Below, piece by piece: positions 25,891-37,360 of a stretch of DNA of 64,000 nt (position 1 is the stretch's first letter; each line of letters begins with the position of its first letter). The notes under the pieces were generated by a model. It was not told where the DNA came from. It made no database searches and worked only from the letters and a program-made list of their open reading frames with translations. The position numbers and the translations under genes are program-made. The DNA comes from the human T2T-CHM13v2.0 reference genome, Homo sapiens. The stretch lies in assembly GCF_009914755.1 (NCBI RefSeq), contig NC_060932.1; one strand, written 5' to 3'.

Positions 25891-27136
25891 TAAACCTATT
25901 ATAACGTCATTTTTGGAAGCCCAAAAAGGCCACAACATATTCTTAATAGAAAAAAAAAGGATCCCAAGTGTTAAACTCTTGCTCTTGCTATAATTTGTTG
26001 GTCAAATTTTCCTTGCAGTTTGTTCTTCTTGAGTGTCTCTGGTTCCGTCTGATGTGATGTTTATTTTTTTAATTGATGATATTTTCAATATATGAAAGAA
26101 CCAATTGTAGAGTGATTTTGTCTTTCCACTGAGCTCGGTAGTAGTGTCTTTGCTTTGTAATTTAGCCATTACTACATTGTTAAAAATCACTTGTACCCTA
26201 AGTTATAATAAGCACTATTCTATCACTTAAAGTGTCAGTTAAAAGGTAGACTTCCGTATGATAAAACAAGTAAATGGGTTAATTATTTTAGTAAATGACA
26301 AATGCTTGGATAAGGTTTAAAACACAAAATCAAATCACAAATTGTTTACAAAATACTTAAAATTATAAATAAAAAATAACTTGTAAATGACAGGAAAATA
26401 TTTGACAGACAAACAGAAACACGAAAAGGGCAGCTAACACTATTTTATTAGAAAAGAAAAAACACAACAAAAGCCATTACATTTGGTAAGAGATAATTAT
26501 TCTCTATTTCTTCCACATTCTCCCCTCTGCAAATACTTCTGCCTTCTTACAGGAACTGCAAGAAGACACTTCTGTCTTCTTGTTCAACATTTTACTTGCT
26601 CTTCTCCTAAAAAGAATGAATGGTAATTTTGACTTATCCATGTTATAAGTGGGGTCTCAGAAACAGATTTCTCTGACTCAATTTTTCCGTCTCTGTCTCT
26701 GTTTCTGTCTCTGTCTCTATGCCTTTGTGTTTCTTTATTTCTTTTTCCCCTCCCCCTCTCTCTCAAGGACTATGTTCTTTGGGTCTTGATTCCATACAGT
26801 TAACTGCCTCTGCTTTGTGCACTTAAGCCTGTAACTAAACCAGGAAGGCCCTATTGTTTTAGCTCATATTTTTTCAATTTAGAAAGAAAGGAGGAGTTAC
26901 TCAGGCATGTACCTAGGGTGTCTACTATTTTCTATAATTCATCTTTATTGGGAAACACTGCAGTTGTATAACATCTCTTTCATTTGCCATAATTCATTCA
27001 TTCACTTAATAAATTTTGTATTAGATGTCTGCTGTATTTTAGGTACTCTTCTAGGTCCTTAATATACATTAGTATACATTACTGCTCTTATCTTATATCT
27101 TTGTGTTTATAGTCTTGGCCAAAACCCTTGAAAAGC

Positions 27137-27167
<31 letters not shown>

Positions 27168-27360
27168 GTTGTAAAATTTAGTTTGAGAGAGAAAAAATAC
27201 ATATATATGCATTATTTCATGATAAAAAACAAAAAATTTCAATGATCTATAAATAAAAGGAAACTTTTTCAGACTGATTAAGAGTTTAGACATTTTTACA
27301 GATATTATCATATTTAATGGTGGAAGACTAAATGTCTTCCCTCTAAGATTTGAAGCAAGG

Positions 27361-27737
27361 TGGTATAGATTGAGTTGTGTTCCTCCATCCTCCCCAACCC
27401 AAATTCATATGCTGAAAGCGCTGATCCTCAATGTGATGAGATACTCAGATGAGATCTTACAAGACGATTAAGTTTAGATAAGGTCAACCTGGTAGAGCAC
27501 TCATGGTGGGACTCTTATGTCAGAAGAGGAGGAGACACCAGAGCTCTCTCTCTGACATGTGAAGACATAGTGAGAAGGTGGCCATCGGTAAGCCAGGAAT
27601 AGAGCTGTCACTGAGGAGCTGAATTTGCTGGCACCTGGATTTGAGACTTCCCAGTCTCCAGAACTATAAGAAATAAATTTATGTGTAAATCCCTCAGTTT
27701 AAGGTATTGGTTGTGGCAGCCTGAGAAGACTAATACA
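27361..27737 (+). mobile_element. MLT1A/A0-like solo LTR
   Basis: TG..CTAATACA termini; perfect 5-bp TSD CAAGG (27356-27360, 27738-27742). Confidence 0.8.
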
Positions 27738-28162
27738 CAAGGCAAGGATGTCCACTCTCACAGCTTCAATTCAGTATTAACTTGGAGGTTCTAACGAGTA
27801 CAATGAGACAAGGAAAAGAAACAAAATGCATAAATATTGGAAAAATATGTATATTTGTTTTTAAAGATGATGTGATTGTATACATACAGTATGCAATGGA
27901 ATTTGCAAACCACTAGAACTAATCAATAATTATGTCAAAATAATTGGTTACAAAATCTATATAAACAAAAATCAGCCACACTTCTATATACTAGCAACAG
28001 ACATTTGGAAAACATAATAAAGTATGTAAAATAGCATCATATCAAATATTTAATAATAAATTAAATGAAAGATGTTTGTCTGTACTAAAAAGTAACCCCT
28101 CAAATGCTGAAATAATATTTAACTAATTAGAAATACATTATGTTTATGGATAGAAGGACAAG

Positions 28163-28461
28163 TTTTTTTTTTTTTTTTTTTGAGACAGAGTCTCGCTTTG
28201 TCACCCAGGCTGGAGTGCAGTGGCGCGATCTCTGCTCACGCAAGCTCCACCTCCCAGGTTCACGCCATTCTCCTGCCTCAGCCTCCCGAGTAGCTGGGAC
28301 TACAGGCGCCTGCCACAACGCCCGGCTAATTTTTTGTATTTTTAGTAGAGACGGGGTTTCACCGTGTTAGCTAGGATGGTCTCGATCTCCTGACCTTGTG
28401 ATCCGCCTACCTTGGCCTCCCAAAGTGTTGAGATTACAGGCGTGAGCCACTGCGCCTGGCC
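28163..28461 (-). mobile_element. AluY
   Basis: GCAAGCTCCACCTCCCAGGTTCACGCCATTCTC and CACCGTGTTAGCTAGGATGGTCTCGATCTCC are AluY diagnostics. Confidence 0.9.
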
Positions 28462-28484
28462 AAGACAAAATATTTTTAAGATGG

Positions 28485-28905
28485 TGTATTAGTCAATTTT
28501 GCATTGCTATAAAGAAGTACCTGAGGTTGGGTAATTTATAAAGAAAAGTGGTTTATTTGGCTTATGGTTCTGCAGGCTGAAGCATCATGCCAGCTTCTGC
28601 TTTTAGTGAGGGCTTCAAGAAGCTTACAGTCGTGGCAGAAGGCAAAAGGAGCCAGTGTGTCACATAGCGAGAGAGGGAGTGAGAGGGGGAGCTAGAGCCA
28701 GAGGGAGGAGGTGTCAGGCTCTTTTAAATAACCAGATCTTGCACGGACTCATAGAGTAGAACTGACTCATTACTGCCAGGACAGCACCAAGCCATTCATG
28801 AGGGTTCAGCCCTCATGACCAAAGCATCTCCCACCAGGCTCCATTTCTTTCGAGAATCACATTTCAACATGAGATTTGGAAGGGACAAACATCCAAATTT
28901 TATCA
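28485..28905 (-). mobile_element. MSTA/B-like solo LTR
   Basis: TGTATTAGTC..GCATTGCTATAAAGAAGTACCTGAG..GAGATTTGGAAGGGACAAACATCCAAA..ATCA; TSD GATGG / GATGA. Confidence 0.8.
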
Positions 28906-29812
28906 GATGACTATTCTTTATTGTAGGATTGAATGCAATCCTACAAGAATTGTGATATTAAAGTCAAATGACAAGAAACTTAAAAAGATATGGACAAGCT
29001 GCTTTTAAAGCAGACATGATCATGCTGATAACCTAAATAATCTTGAAAAAGAACATAGTTGGAAAACTTAGGCTACCTGACAATATCAAAGGGTAAAAAA
29101 GAGGTTGGGGTACCTAAACTATCAGATTTTAGGACTCACTATTATGCTACCCTAATTAACACTGCCTGATATTGGCATAAAAATAAATACACATGAAAAA
29201 AAGAAGAGCCCCAAAGTAGATAATCACATATATGTTTAATTGATTTTCAACAAAGTGCCAAAGGAATTCAATGGGAGAAGGGGAGGTCTTTCTGACATGT
29301 GGTGTTGAAGCAATTGGCTAGTCATATTGAAAAGTAAAATTTAACCTCTTTCTTGCACTATATGTAAAAATTAACTCAAATTGGGATACATATCTAAATG
29401 TGAATGTTAATCAAGTTTCTTGAAAAAAATATAAAATATTTATTTATTGCTTTGATAAGTTGGACTTAATAAAATTAAAATCTTCTCATCAAAATGCACT
29501 ATTAAGTATGTAAAAATACAAGCCACAGCCTTGGGAAAGATATTTGAAATACATATATTTTACAAATAACTCATCTGCAGAATATATAAAGAACCTTCAT
29601 TAATCAAAAGGAATTAGACAAGCACCTAGTTTTAAAAAATAAATGGTGAATAATTTAAACAGAAACCTCAAAAAAGAAAATATCAGAGTGGCCAATAAGC
29701 ACATAGAAAGATACACAACATCATTAGTTTTTAGAGAAATACAAATTAAAGCAACCATAAGATACCTCCCCAACACTACAAGAATGACTAAATTTTTAAA
29801 GTCCGACAGCGT

Positions 29813-30401
29813 TGTGCCGGGTGTCCCCAATACCACTCAGGTTTAGTGATTTTCTGGAAGGACTCACAGAACTCAGAAAAGCTATACTTTGCTATACTTA
29901 TGGTTATGGTTTGTTACAGTGAAGAGATACAGGTTAAAATCAGGTAAAAGACACAGAGGTCTCCCAAAGAGAGACCACAGGCAAATTTCCAGTTGTCTGC
30001 TCCTAGTGAAGCTGTGTAAAGAATGTTCAATTCTTCCAGAAAACAATGTGGAATATTATCAAGCAGGGAAGCTCACCCAAGCTGTTCGTTGTCTAGAGAT
30101 TCTATTAGGCTTCAGTTACAGAAGCATGGATTGCCCATGTGGCCAACCTTAGTTACTTAGCACTCGGCCCCTCCGGATGTCAAACTGACAGCATGGTCAA
30201 GTTCCCCACCATAAATCACATGGTTAGCATAAACTATTTGGCATGATCGAAGGCCCCACATTTACAAACTCACTCTTATCATGCAGGATATTTCAAGGAT
30301 TTGAAGGTTATCTCTCAGGAGCAGATCAAGAACCAGTTGGTTCTTTGGAACGTACAGAATTTGAATTCCCTAAACCTGTAGGCTTAGACCTTCACTGGAG
30401 A
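29813..30401 (-). mobile_element. MER77/MER21-group LTR
   Basis: TCCCCAATACCACTCAGGTTTAGTGATT..GAAGGACTCACAGAACTCAGAAAAGC..CCCCACCATAAATCACATGGTTAGCATAAACTAT. Confidence 0.65.
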
Positions 30402-32339
30402 AATATCAGCGTTGAAGATGAAATAGAGCAACTGAAATTCTTATACATTGCTTGTGGGAATTTATGATAGCAAAACCACTTTGGAAAACTTTTTAGACAT
30501 TGCTAACAAAATTCAAGATATACCTACCCTGTGACGAAGAAATTACACTCTTAGGTATACATCAAAGAGAAATGAATATATATATCCATAAAAATAAGTC
30601 TATAAGATGACTTATGGCAGCTTTATTACTTATATAAGAAAATGGAAACAGATTAAATGTCTCTGAACAGAAGAATAAACAAATTTGTGTGGTATATTCA
30701 TGCAATACCATAGAATATTATTCAGAAATTAAAAGGAATAAACTACTGGTATACATAACAGTATTGAATGAGTGTTTAAAACATGTGCTTGGTCAAAAGA
30801 AGACAGACACAAAAAATACAGAGTATATAGTTTCATGAAGATGAAGTTCAAGAACAGGTCAACATAACTACTATTATAGAAGTCACAATAAGGTCAAGTA
30901 GTTGTGGGAAGATATGAGCATGCCTCTAACCCAGTCTTGAAAGTCTGCTATTTCTGATATCTCTCCAGAAAACTTTCTGAGTTGTTGGAAATACTGTATA
31001 CTGATATGGAAGGTACACAGGAACAAACTTTAAATATTCATTGAGCCAAATGATTAATGTTTGTTAATTATACTGTATGCAATTTTTTCTTAAAATTAAA
31101 AAAATCTTACCATGGTATTTAAATTTCTCGGAAGTTTTTACCACATGGTATGCTCTAAATCAGTATATTTGAATGAATGCACACATAAATGGATGCATAT
31201 CTTGATATCCTTACTCTGTTATCATGCTCATCAAGCCACATTTTTTAAAAAATGACTATCTTTGTTAAATTATCTATAGTAAGAGAATGCAATGAGCAGA
31301 AGGCTCTGGCAAGTATTTCATTAATTATTTATTTGTGTTACAGTTGAATACATTATTATTCTAGTATTTATATGTCAGTCTCAAATGAATGTAGTGACAG
31401 AAGCCAGTATCTAAGAGCCAGATTACCCTTAGGTATATGAACAGTTTTATTTAAAATGAACTTGAAAAATTAGATCTTGAAATACAGAAACCTTCAAAAG
31501 ACTTCATCTACTATGTATACTAGCCTGGATGATCTGTCAGCCTTTGTCAGGCAAAAAAAGCCCTTCGGTTTTATTAAAGTCTCAATCAAGCTGCATGATA
31601 TATGAATTTCTTAAAAACTCAAGGTCATTATTGTGAGCACCTCTGATTGTATTGTGTGATATTATTGTTTGCAGAATAACAGAATGTTGTGGCTAGAAGA
31701 GAGCTTAGTAGTCATCTAGTAAAATCTCTTTATTTTAAAGATGGGGAAATTGAAACTTTCCTTTAAAACTAGCAATTAGAGAACTTTGGGTTCCTGATGG
31801 TTTTGTTGAGCTAATTCCAAGTTGTCTGCCTCATGACTTCTTTTCACATGAGACAAATAAATTCCTGTGTATTTATTAACCAATTTAATAAAGCTTTTTA
31901 TTTGCCTCTCATAGCCAGGTTCATTTCTAACTAATGCAAAACCACACTCTACTAAAGACTTTTCCTTTGACAAACACAGAATTTGAAAGCCCAGATAAAT
32001 TAATTTTTTGAATGATACCTATTTTTCAACATCAAAGCTTTAGCAATCATTAGTGGATTAGTATCTTCAAAGTGTTGAAAAAATAATTTTGGACTTAGAA
32101 TTTACATTCAACTAACTAATCATCTAAAAATGAAGATACAATGATAATATTCCTGTGCATGCAAAGTTTCTCAGACATTTTACCAAACTAAAGCCTCTTT
32201 TAAAAAGTTCTTGCTGGATATACCCTGGCAGGATAAATCTGAGAGTTAATGATAAAGTACATGAAATATAAGTAAGCAAACTTTTTTTGGTAAGCTATAT
32301 TGTATGCTAAGTAAGGAATAATATATAAACATATATTTT

Positions 32340-34200
32340 AATAATGTAGAAATTTGAGAGCAATGGTGGGAGATGAGAATGCTAAGATTCTTGTCTCGCT
32401 TTGGGGAAATATACATATTACTAAACTTAGGTATTGAGAGAGTAAACTGAATTTAAGTGTGGATATTACTAAATCAAGATTCAATCTCTGTAATGGAAGG
32501 TAGAAAGAAGAAGGAAAACCAAAAATTAAAAACAGCTTAGTAATCATAAAACAAAATTAATTGGTAAAAATAAAGGATAGTATTTACTCACATACATATA
32601 TATTATGTACTGTGCATTTAATATAAAATCATTTTTAATAAATAAAAGCAATTTCATAGGAATGCTTTTATACTGTTGATGGGAGTGTAAATTAGTTTAA
32701 CCATTGTGGAAGACAGTGTGGCAATTCCTCAAAGATCTAGAACCAGAAATACCATTTGACTCAGCAATCCCATTACTGGGTATATACCCAAAGGAATACA
32801 AATCCTTCTATTATAAAGATACATGCATGTGTATGCTCATTGAAGCACTGTTGACAATAACAAAGACATGGAATCAACCTAAATGCCCATCAGTGATAGA
32901 CTGGATAAAGAAAATGTGGTATATATATATACCATGGAATACCATGCAGCCATATAAAAGAATGAGATCATGTCGTTTGCAGGGACATGGATGGAATTGG
33001 AAGTCATTATCTTCAGCAAACAACACAGGAACAGAAAACCAAATACCGCACATTCTCACTTATAAGTGAGAGCTGAATAATGAGAACACATTGACACGGG
33101 GTAACAGGAACAACACATACTGGGGCATGTCTTGGAGGCAGAGGGAGGGAGAGCATTTAGGAAAAATAGCTAACGCATGCAGGGCTTAATACCAAGGTGA
33201 TGGGTTGATTGGTGTTGCAAACCACCATGGCACTCATTTACCTATGTAACAAACCTGCATGTCCTGCACGTGTATCCTGGAACTTAGGATAAAATTAAAT
33301 TAAATTAAATTAAAAAACTATTTCAACTCATTGGTCAAAATAGAGCAATACTCAGATTGTATTACATAACAATGACAAAACCAGCAGATGTAAGAATCAT
33401 TCTAAATGGATATACAAGAGTTAAAAACAAAGTTAATATAAAAATGTAAGACAAGTGTACACCAGAAGAAATACAGAATAGCAATTTTAGTAGAGCACAA
33501 GATAGATTTTATGGCAAAAGCATAATCAGTGACAGAAATGCTACTTACTGTGAAAAACAGTAATAGATCTAGAAGATAGAACAACCAGCCAAATATACGC
33601 ATGTAACTATATATAAGTTCAAAATATATTAAAGCAGAAAATGACGAGATTAATGTAGCAATTAATCTTATAGTTGGAGATTTTAACACATCACTCTCAG
33701 AAATTGATAGAACAAGTAGACAAAAATAAGCAAGACATAGAGTTGTATGTAGTGATAAATGACTATCATCCAGAGATACATAGAGAACTTTCTGTAACAA
33801 ATAAAATAGTCACAAAAATGTATCATGTACTAGGCTACAAATGTAGCTTTAAGCAAATATCAACATAGTACCATTAAAAAAAAGATTCAACATTGTACCA
33901 TACAGTTTCTCTTGGACACACAAAAATATAAAGTTAGAAATGAAACTCCAAAAAATAGGTTGTTAAATTACTTATGGATTTAAGCCAAAAAATGTACTTA
34001 TGGAAAATGTCTGTGTTAAAAAACACATACAGTAAATGACAAAATACTTTGAACTAAATGACAATGAAAGCAATGTATAACAAAATATGTGTGAATAAAA
34101 CAATTCTTAGAGAAGTATATATAGCTTTTAATCCACTGATCAGAAAAAAATAGACTGAAACATGAGCTAAGCATTCAACACAAATAGCTAGGAAAAAAGC
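32340..34200 (+). mobile_element. Old L1M fragment covering the ORF2 endonuclease region (interrupted by L1PA)
   Basis: VGDFNT motif (GTTGGAGATTTTAACACA) near 33673; A-rich L1 text. Confidence 0.55.
32657..33317 (+). mobile_element. 5'-truncated L1PA (PA12/13-like) 3' end
   Basis: ORF 32704-33069 (WKTVWQFLKDLEPEIPFD..WNQPKCPS) is the ORF2 C-terminus; 3'UTR; (TAAAT)n tail; degenerate TSD AAAAGCAATTTCA / AAAAACTATTTCA. Confidence 0.85.
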
Positions 34201-34601
34201 AAAACACTTTATACTTCCAGGAATATGGCAATCCAGGTGTTCTAAAAATAGCTCAGCTGCCTTAAACATCCACATTCTGAATAATTTACAACAGATTTAT
34301 TTTAAATACATTGCTGAGTGCATTAACAAAATATATGGGAAATCCTCAGCAGAGAGAGAGAGGTCTGAAACTATAGAGATTATACCCTAGGACCTAAGCC
34401 ACTATCAGAAACTCAGAATTTGAGGTATTAGTCCAACGTGAAAGAATAGGAATAAGGTTTTAAGATCATGCCAAGTCAATAGGTTGTTTAGAAGTAGATC
34501 CAAAAATAAAAATTCTTGTGCAGGCATTTAAGGAAGTACTATCACAGGAAACTCATAAAACCAATAAAAAGAGGAGGAAGTAGGAAAGAAAGGAAAGGTG
34601 C

Positions 34602-34956
34602 TGTGTTAGTCTGTTTTTATGCTGCTGATAAAGTCATATCCAAGACTGGGAAGAAAAATGGACTTTAATTGGACTTACAGTTCCACATGGCTGGGGAGGC
34701 CTCAGAATCATGGTGGGAGGTGAAACACACTTCTTACGTGGTGGCAGCAAGAGAAAAATGAGGAAGAAGCAAAAGGGGTAACCCTGATAAACCCATGAGG
34801 TCTTGTGAGGCTTATTCACCATCACGAGAATAGCACAGGAAAGATCGGCCGCCTTGATTCAATTACCTCCCCCTGGATCCCTCCCACAACATGGGGGAGT
34901 TCTGGGAGATACAAGTCAAGTTGAGATTTGGGTAGGGACACAGCCAAACCATATCA
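34602..34956 (-). mobile_element. THE1 (A-C-like) MaLR solo LTR
   Basis: GACTTACAGTTCCACATGGCTGGGGAGGCCTCAGAATCATGG..GAGATTTGGGTAGGGACACAGCCAAACCATATCA. Confidence 0.88.
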
Positions 34957-35174
34957 GAAGCCAACCAAAGGTATACCTTCAGAGAAAATCTTGTTAAAGT
35001 GATTATGACCTGATCTCACAGGCAGAATCTAATGTTGTTATTTAGTTATTAGTTTATTATCATTATGAGGTAATATTACATATGTTATAAATTATATATT
35101 CTATTACTAAAATATTGGTATGTAATTATTATAATGATAGATTACTATAATATTATATAGTAATGTTATTCTGC

Positions 35175-35687
35175 TGTTGGGAACAGGCCCCCCAAAATCT
35201 GGCCATAAACTGGCCCCCAAACTGGCCATAAACAAAATCTCTGCAGCACTGTAACATGTTTATAATGGCCCTAACACCCAAGCTGGAAGGTTGTGGGTTT
35301 ATGGGAATGAGGGCAAGGAACACCTAGCCCGCCCAGGGTGGAAAACTGCTTAAAGGCATTCTTAAGCCACAAACAACAGCATGAGCGATCTGTGCCTTAA
35401 GAACATGCTCCTGCTGCAATTAACTAGCCCAACCTATTCCTTTAATTTGGTCCATCCCTTCATTTCCCACAAGGGATACTTTTAGTTAATTTAATATCTA
35501 TAGAAACAATGCTAATGACTGGTTTGCTGTTAATAAATAAGTGGGTAAATATCTGTTCAGTGCTCTCAGCTCTGAAGGCTGTGAGACCCCTGATTTCCCA
35601 CTTCACGCTTCTATATTTCTGTGTGTGTGTCTTTAATTCCTCTAGCGCTGCTGGGTTAGGGTCTCCCCGACCTAGCTGGTCTCGGCA
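35175..35687 (+). mobile_element. 5' LTR (MER9)
   Basis: TGTTGGGAACAGGCCCCCCAAAATCTGGCCATAAACTGG; AATAAA at 35532; ends GGCA. Confidence 0.92.
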
Positions 35688-35689
35688 AG

Positions 35690-35707
35690 TGGCATCCATT
35701 GTGGGGA
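35690..35707 (+). promoter_or_regulatory. Degenerate primer binding site, tRNA-Lys type
   Basis: TGGCATCCATTGTGGGGA versus the Lys1,2 PBS TGGCGCCCAACGTGGGGC (13/18), 2 nt after the LTR. Confidence 0.7.
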
Positions 35708-35834
35708 CTGAATCCAGGTCAAAGGGTCACAGGAGCGATGGTTGGAACAGAAAACTAGCTGGAGGACATCTGAGTACTCTTAAAGCAATCCCTGTGGTGA
35801 GTAAGAAGGGGAGCTTGGAAGCGTCAGGGTAACA

Positions 35835-36477
35835 ATGGGACAGGTGTGGGGTCTGGTTCATTTCACCTTGGAACTTTTTCACGCTGATGTTGAGGAGGAA
35901 CAAGAGTATAGCGAAGTAACAGAAGAGGTTACAGAGCATGTTTATTTGCCAGCTAAAGCTAAAGCGGCAAAGGAGTGAGAGGTTCATCCGTACCTTTCTG
36001 CACCCCCTCCTTATTATTTGGAAGAAAATGACCCTCCAGATCTTTCTTTTCCAGAGGACACTGGGTGAAAAGTAGTGGCCCCAGTGACAGTTCGAGCAGT
36101 GCCTCGAGCGACCGCTCTTAGTTCTACTCAGGCAGGAATTCAGCAAGCTAAACAAGAGGGTGATTTAGAGGCTTGGCAGTTCCCTGTTAGAATACACCCC
36201 CAGATCAAAAAGGAAGTATTATAGCTACATTTGAGCCTTTTCCTTTTAAATTACTCAAAGAATTTAAACAAGCTATTCATACTAAAAAAGAATGTAGAAA
36301 AAAATCAGCAAGTCAGGCCGCCAGAGAGGGGAAAAAAGAAAATTGTTGAGCCTGAAATATGTCCAAAATGTAAAAAAGGAAAACATTGGGCTAATCAGTG
36401 TCACTCTAAGTTTGATAAAGAGGGGAACCCGATTTTGGGAAATGCCATGAGGGGCCCATCCTGGGCCCTGTTCTAAA
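35835..36477 (+). pseudogene. gag: HML-3 gag remnant with CA deleted
   Basis: MGQVWGLV; (L)SAPPPYY late-domain region; junction EFKQAI|HTKKEC at 36277/36278; intact second zinc knuckle CPKCKKGKHWANQC; stops. Confidence 0.85.
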
Positions 36478-36479
36478 CC

Positions 36480-37358
36480 AGGGCATTTCCAGCTCAGGCC
36501 ATTCCCTCACCCCCATACAATGTCTGTCCCCTGCCACAGCCGGTAGTGCCACAGTAGATTTATGCTGCACAAAAGCTGTGAGCCTTCTGCCTGGGGAACC
36601 CCTGCAAAAGGTCTCAACAGGAGTCTGTGGACTCTTGCCAGCAGGGGCAATAGGATTACTTTTAGGAAAGTCTAGTTTAAGTTTAAAAGGGGTACAAATA
36701 CATACAGGAGTCATTGATTCAGATTACAATGGGGAAATTCAAATTGTTATATCTACTTCTGTTCCCTGGAAAGCAGAGCCAGGAGAGCACATAGCACAGC
36801 TCCTGATTGTGCCGTGTGTGGAAATGAGAAAAAGTGAAATTAAATGAACAGGAGGATTTGGAAGCACAAATAAACAAGACAAAACAGCTTATTGGGTAAA
36901 TCAAATTACTGATAAATATCCTACCTGTGAAATAACTATTCAAGGAAAGAAATTTAAAGGTTTGGTAGATATAGGAGCGGACATTTCAATCATTTCTCTA
37001 CAGCACTGGCCATCCATGTGGCCAATTCAACCCACTCAATTTAACATATTTGGCGTTGGTAAAGCCCCTGAAGTATACCAAAGTAGTTATATTTTGCATT
37101 GTGAAGGGCCCGATGGACAACCTGGGACTATTCAACCAATTATAACTTCTGTACCTATAAATTTATGGGGAAGAGATTTATTACAACAATGGGGAGCACA
37201 AGTTCTAATTCCAGAACAATTATATAGCCCTCAAAATCAACATACGGTGCATGAAATGGGGCATGTCCCTGGTATAGGACTAGAAAAAAATTTGCAAGGT
37301 TTGAAAAAAACCACTTCAAACGGAAAAACAAAGTTCCTGCCAACGATTAGGAAATAGT
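36480..37358 (+). pseudogene. pro: HML-3 pro remnant: dUTPase, aspartic protease, G-patch
   Basis: dUTPase motifs AGSATVDL, GKSS, GVIDSDYNGEI, IAQLL, *TGGFGST; protease LVDIGAD (DTG changed to DIG) and GRDLL; G-patch MGHVPGIGLEKNLQG. Confidence 0.88.
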
Positions 37359-37360
37359 TT

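Larger units (their letters stand above)
27165..31100 (+). mobile_element. Old L1M ORF2 3' half and 3'UTR, with four nested insertions
   Basis: TTTAATGGTGGAAGACTAAATG, TGATTTTCAACAAAGTGCCAA, GGCCAATAAGCACATAGAAAGATACACAACATCATTAG. Confidence 0.65.

Noticed and set aside
27137-27163. Isolated A27 run as a severely truncated retro-insertion
   Set aside because: No TSD or SINE/LINE head; slippage in A-rich L1 sequence explains it.
35030-35170. AT-rich tract just upstream of the HML-3 TSD
   Set aside because: Low complexity with no definable unit; it lies outside the TSD, so no link to the integration can be shown.
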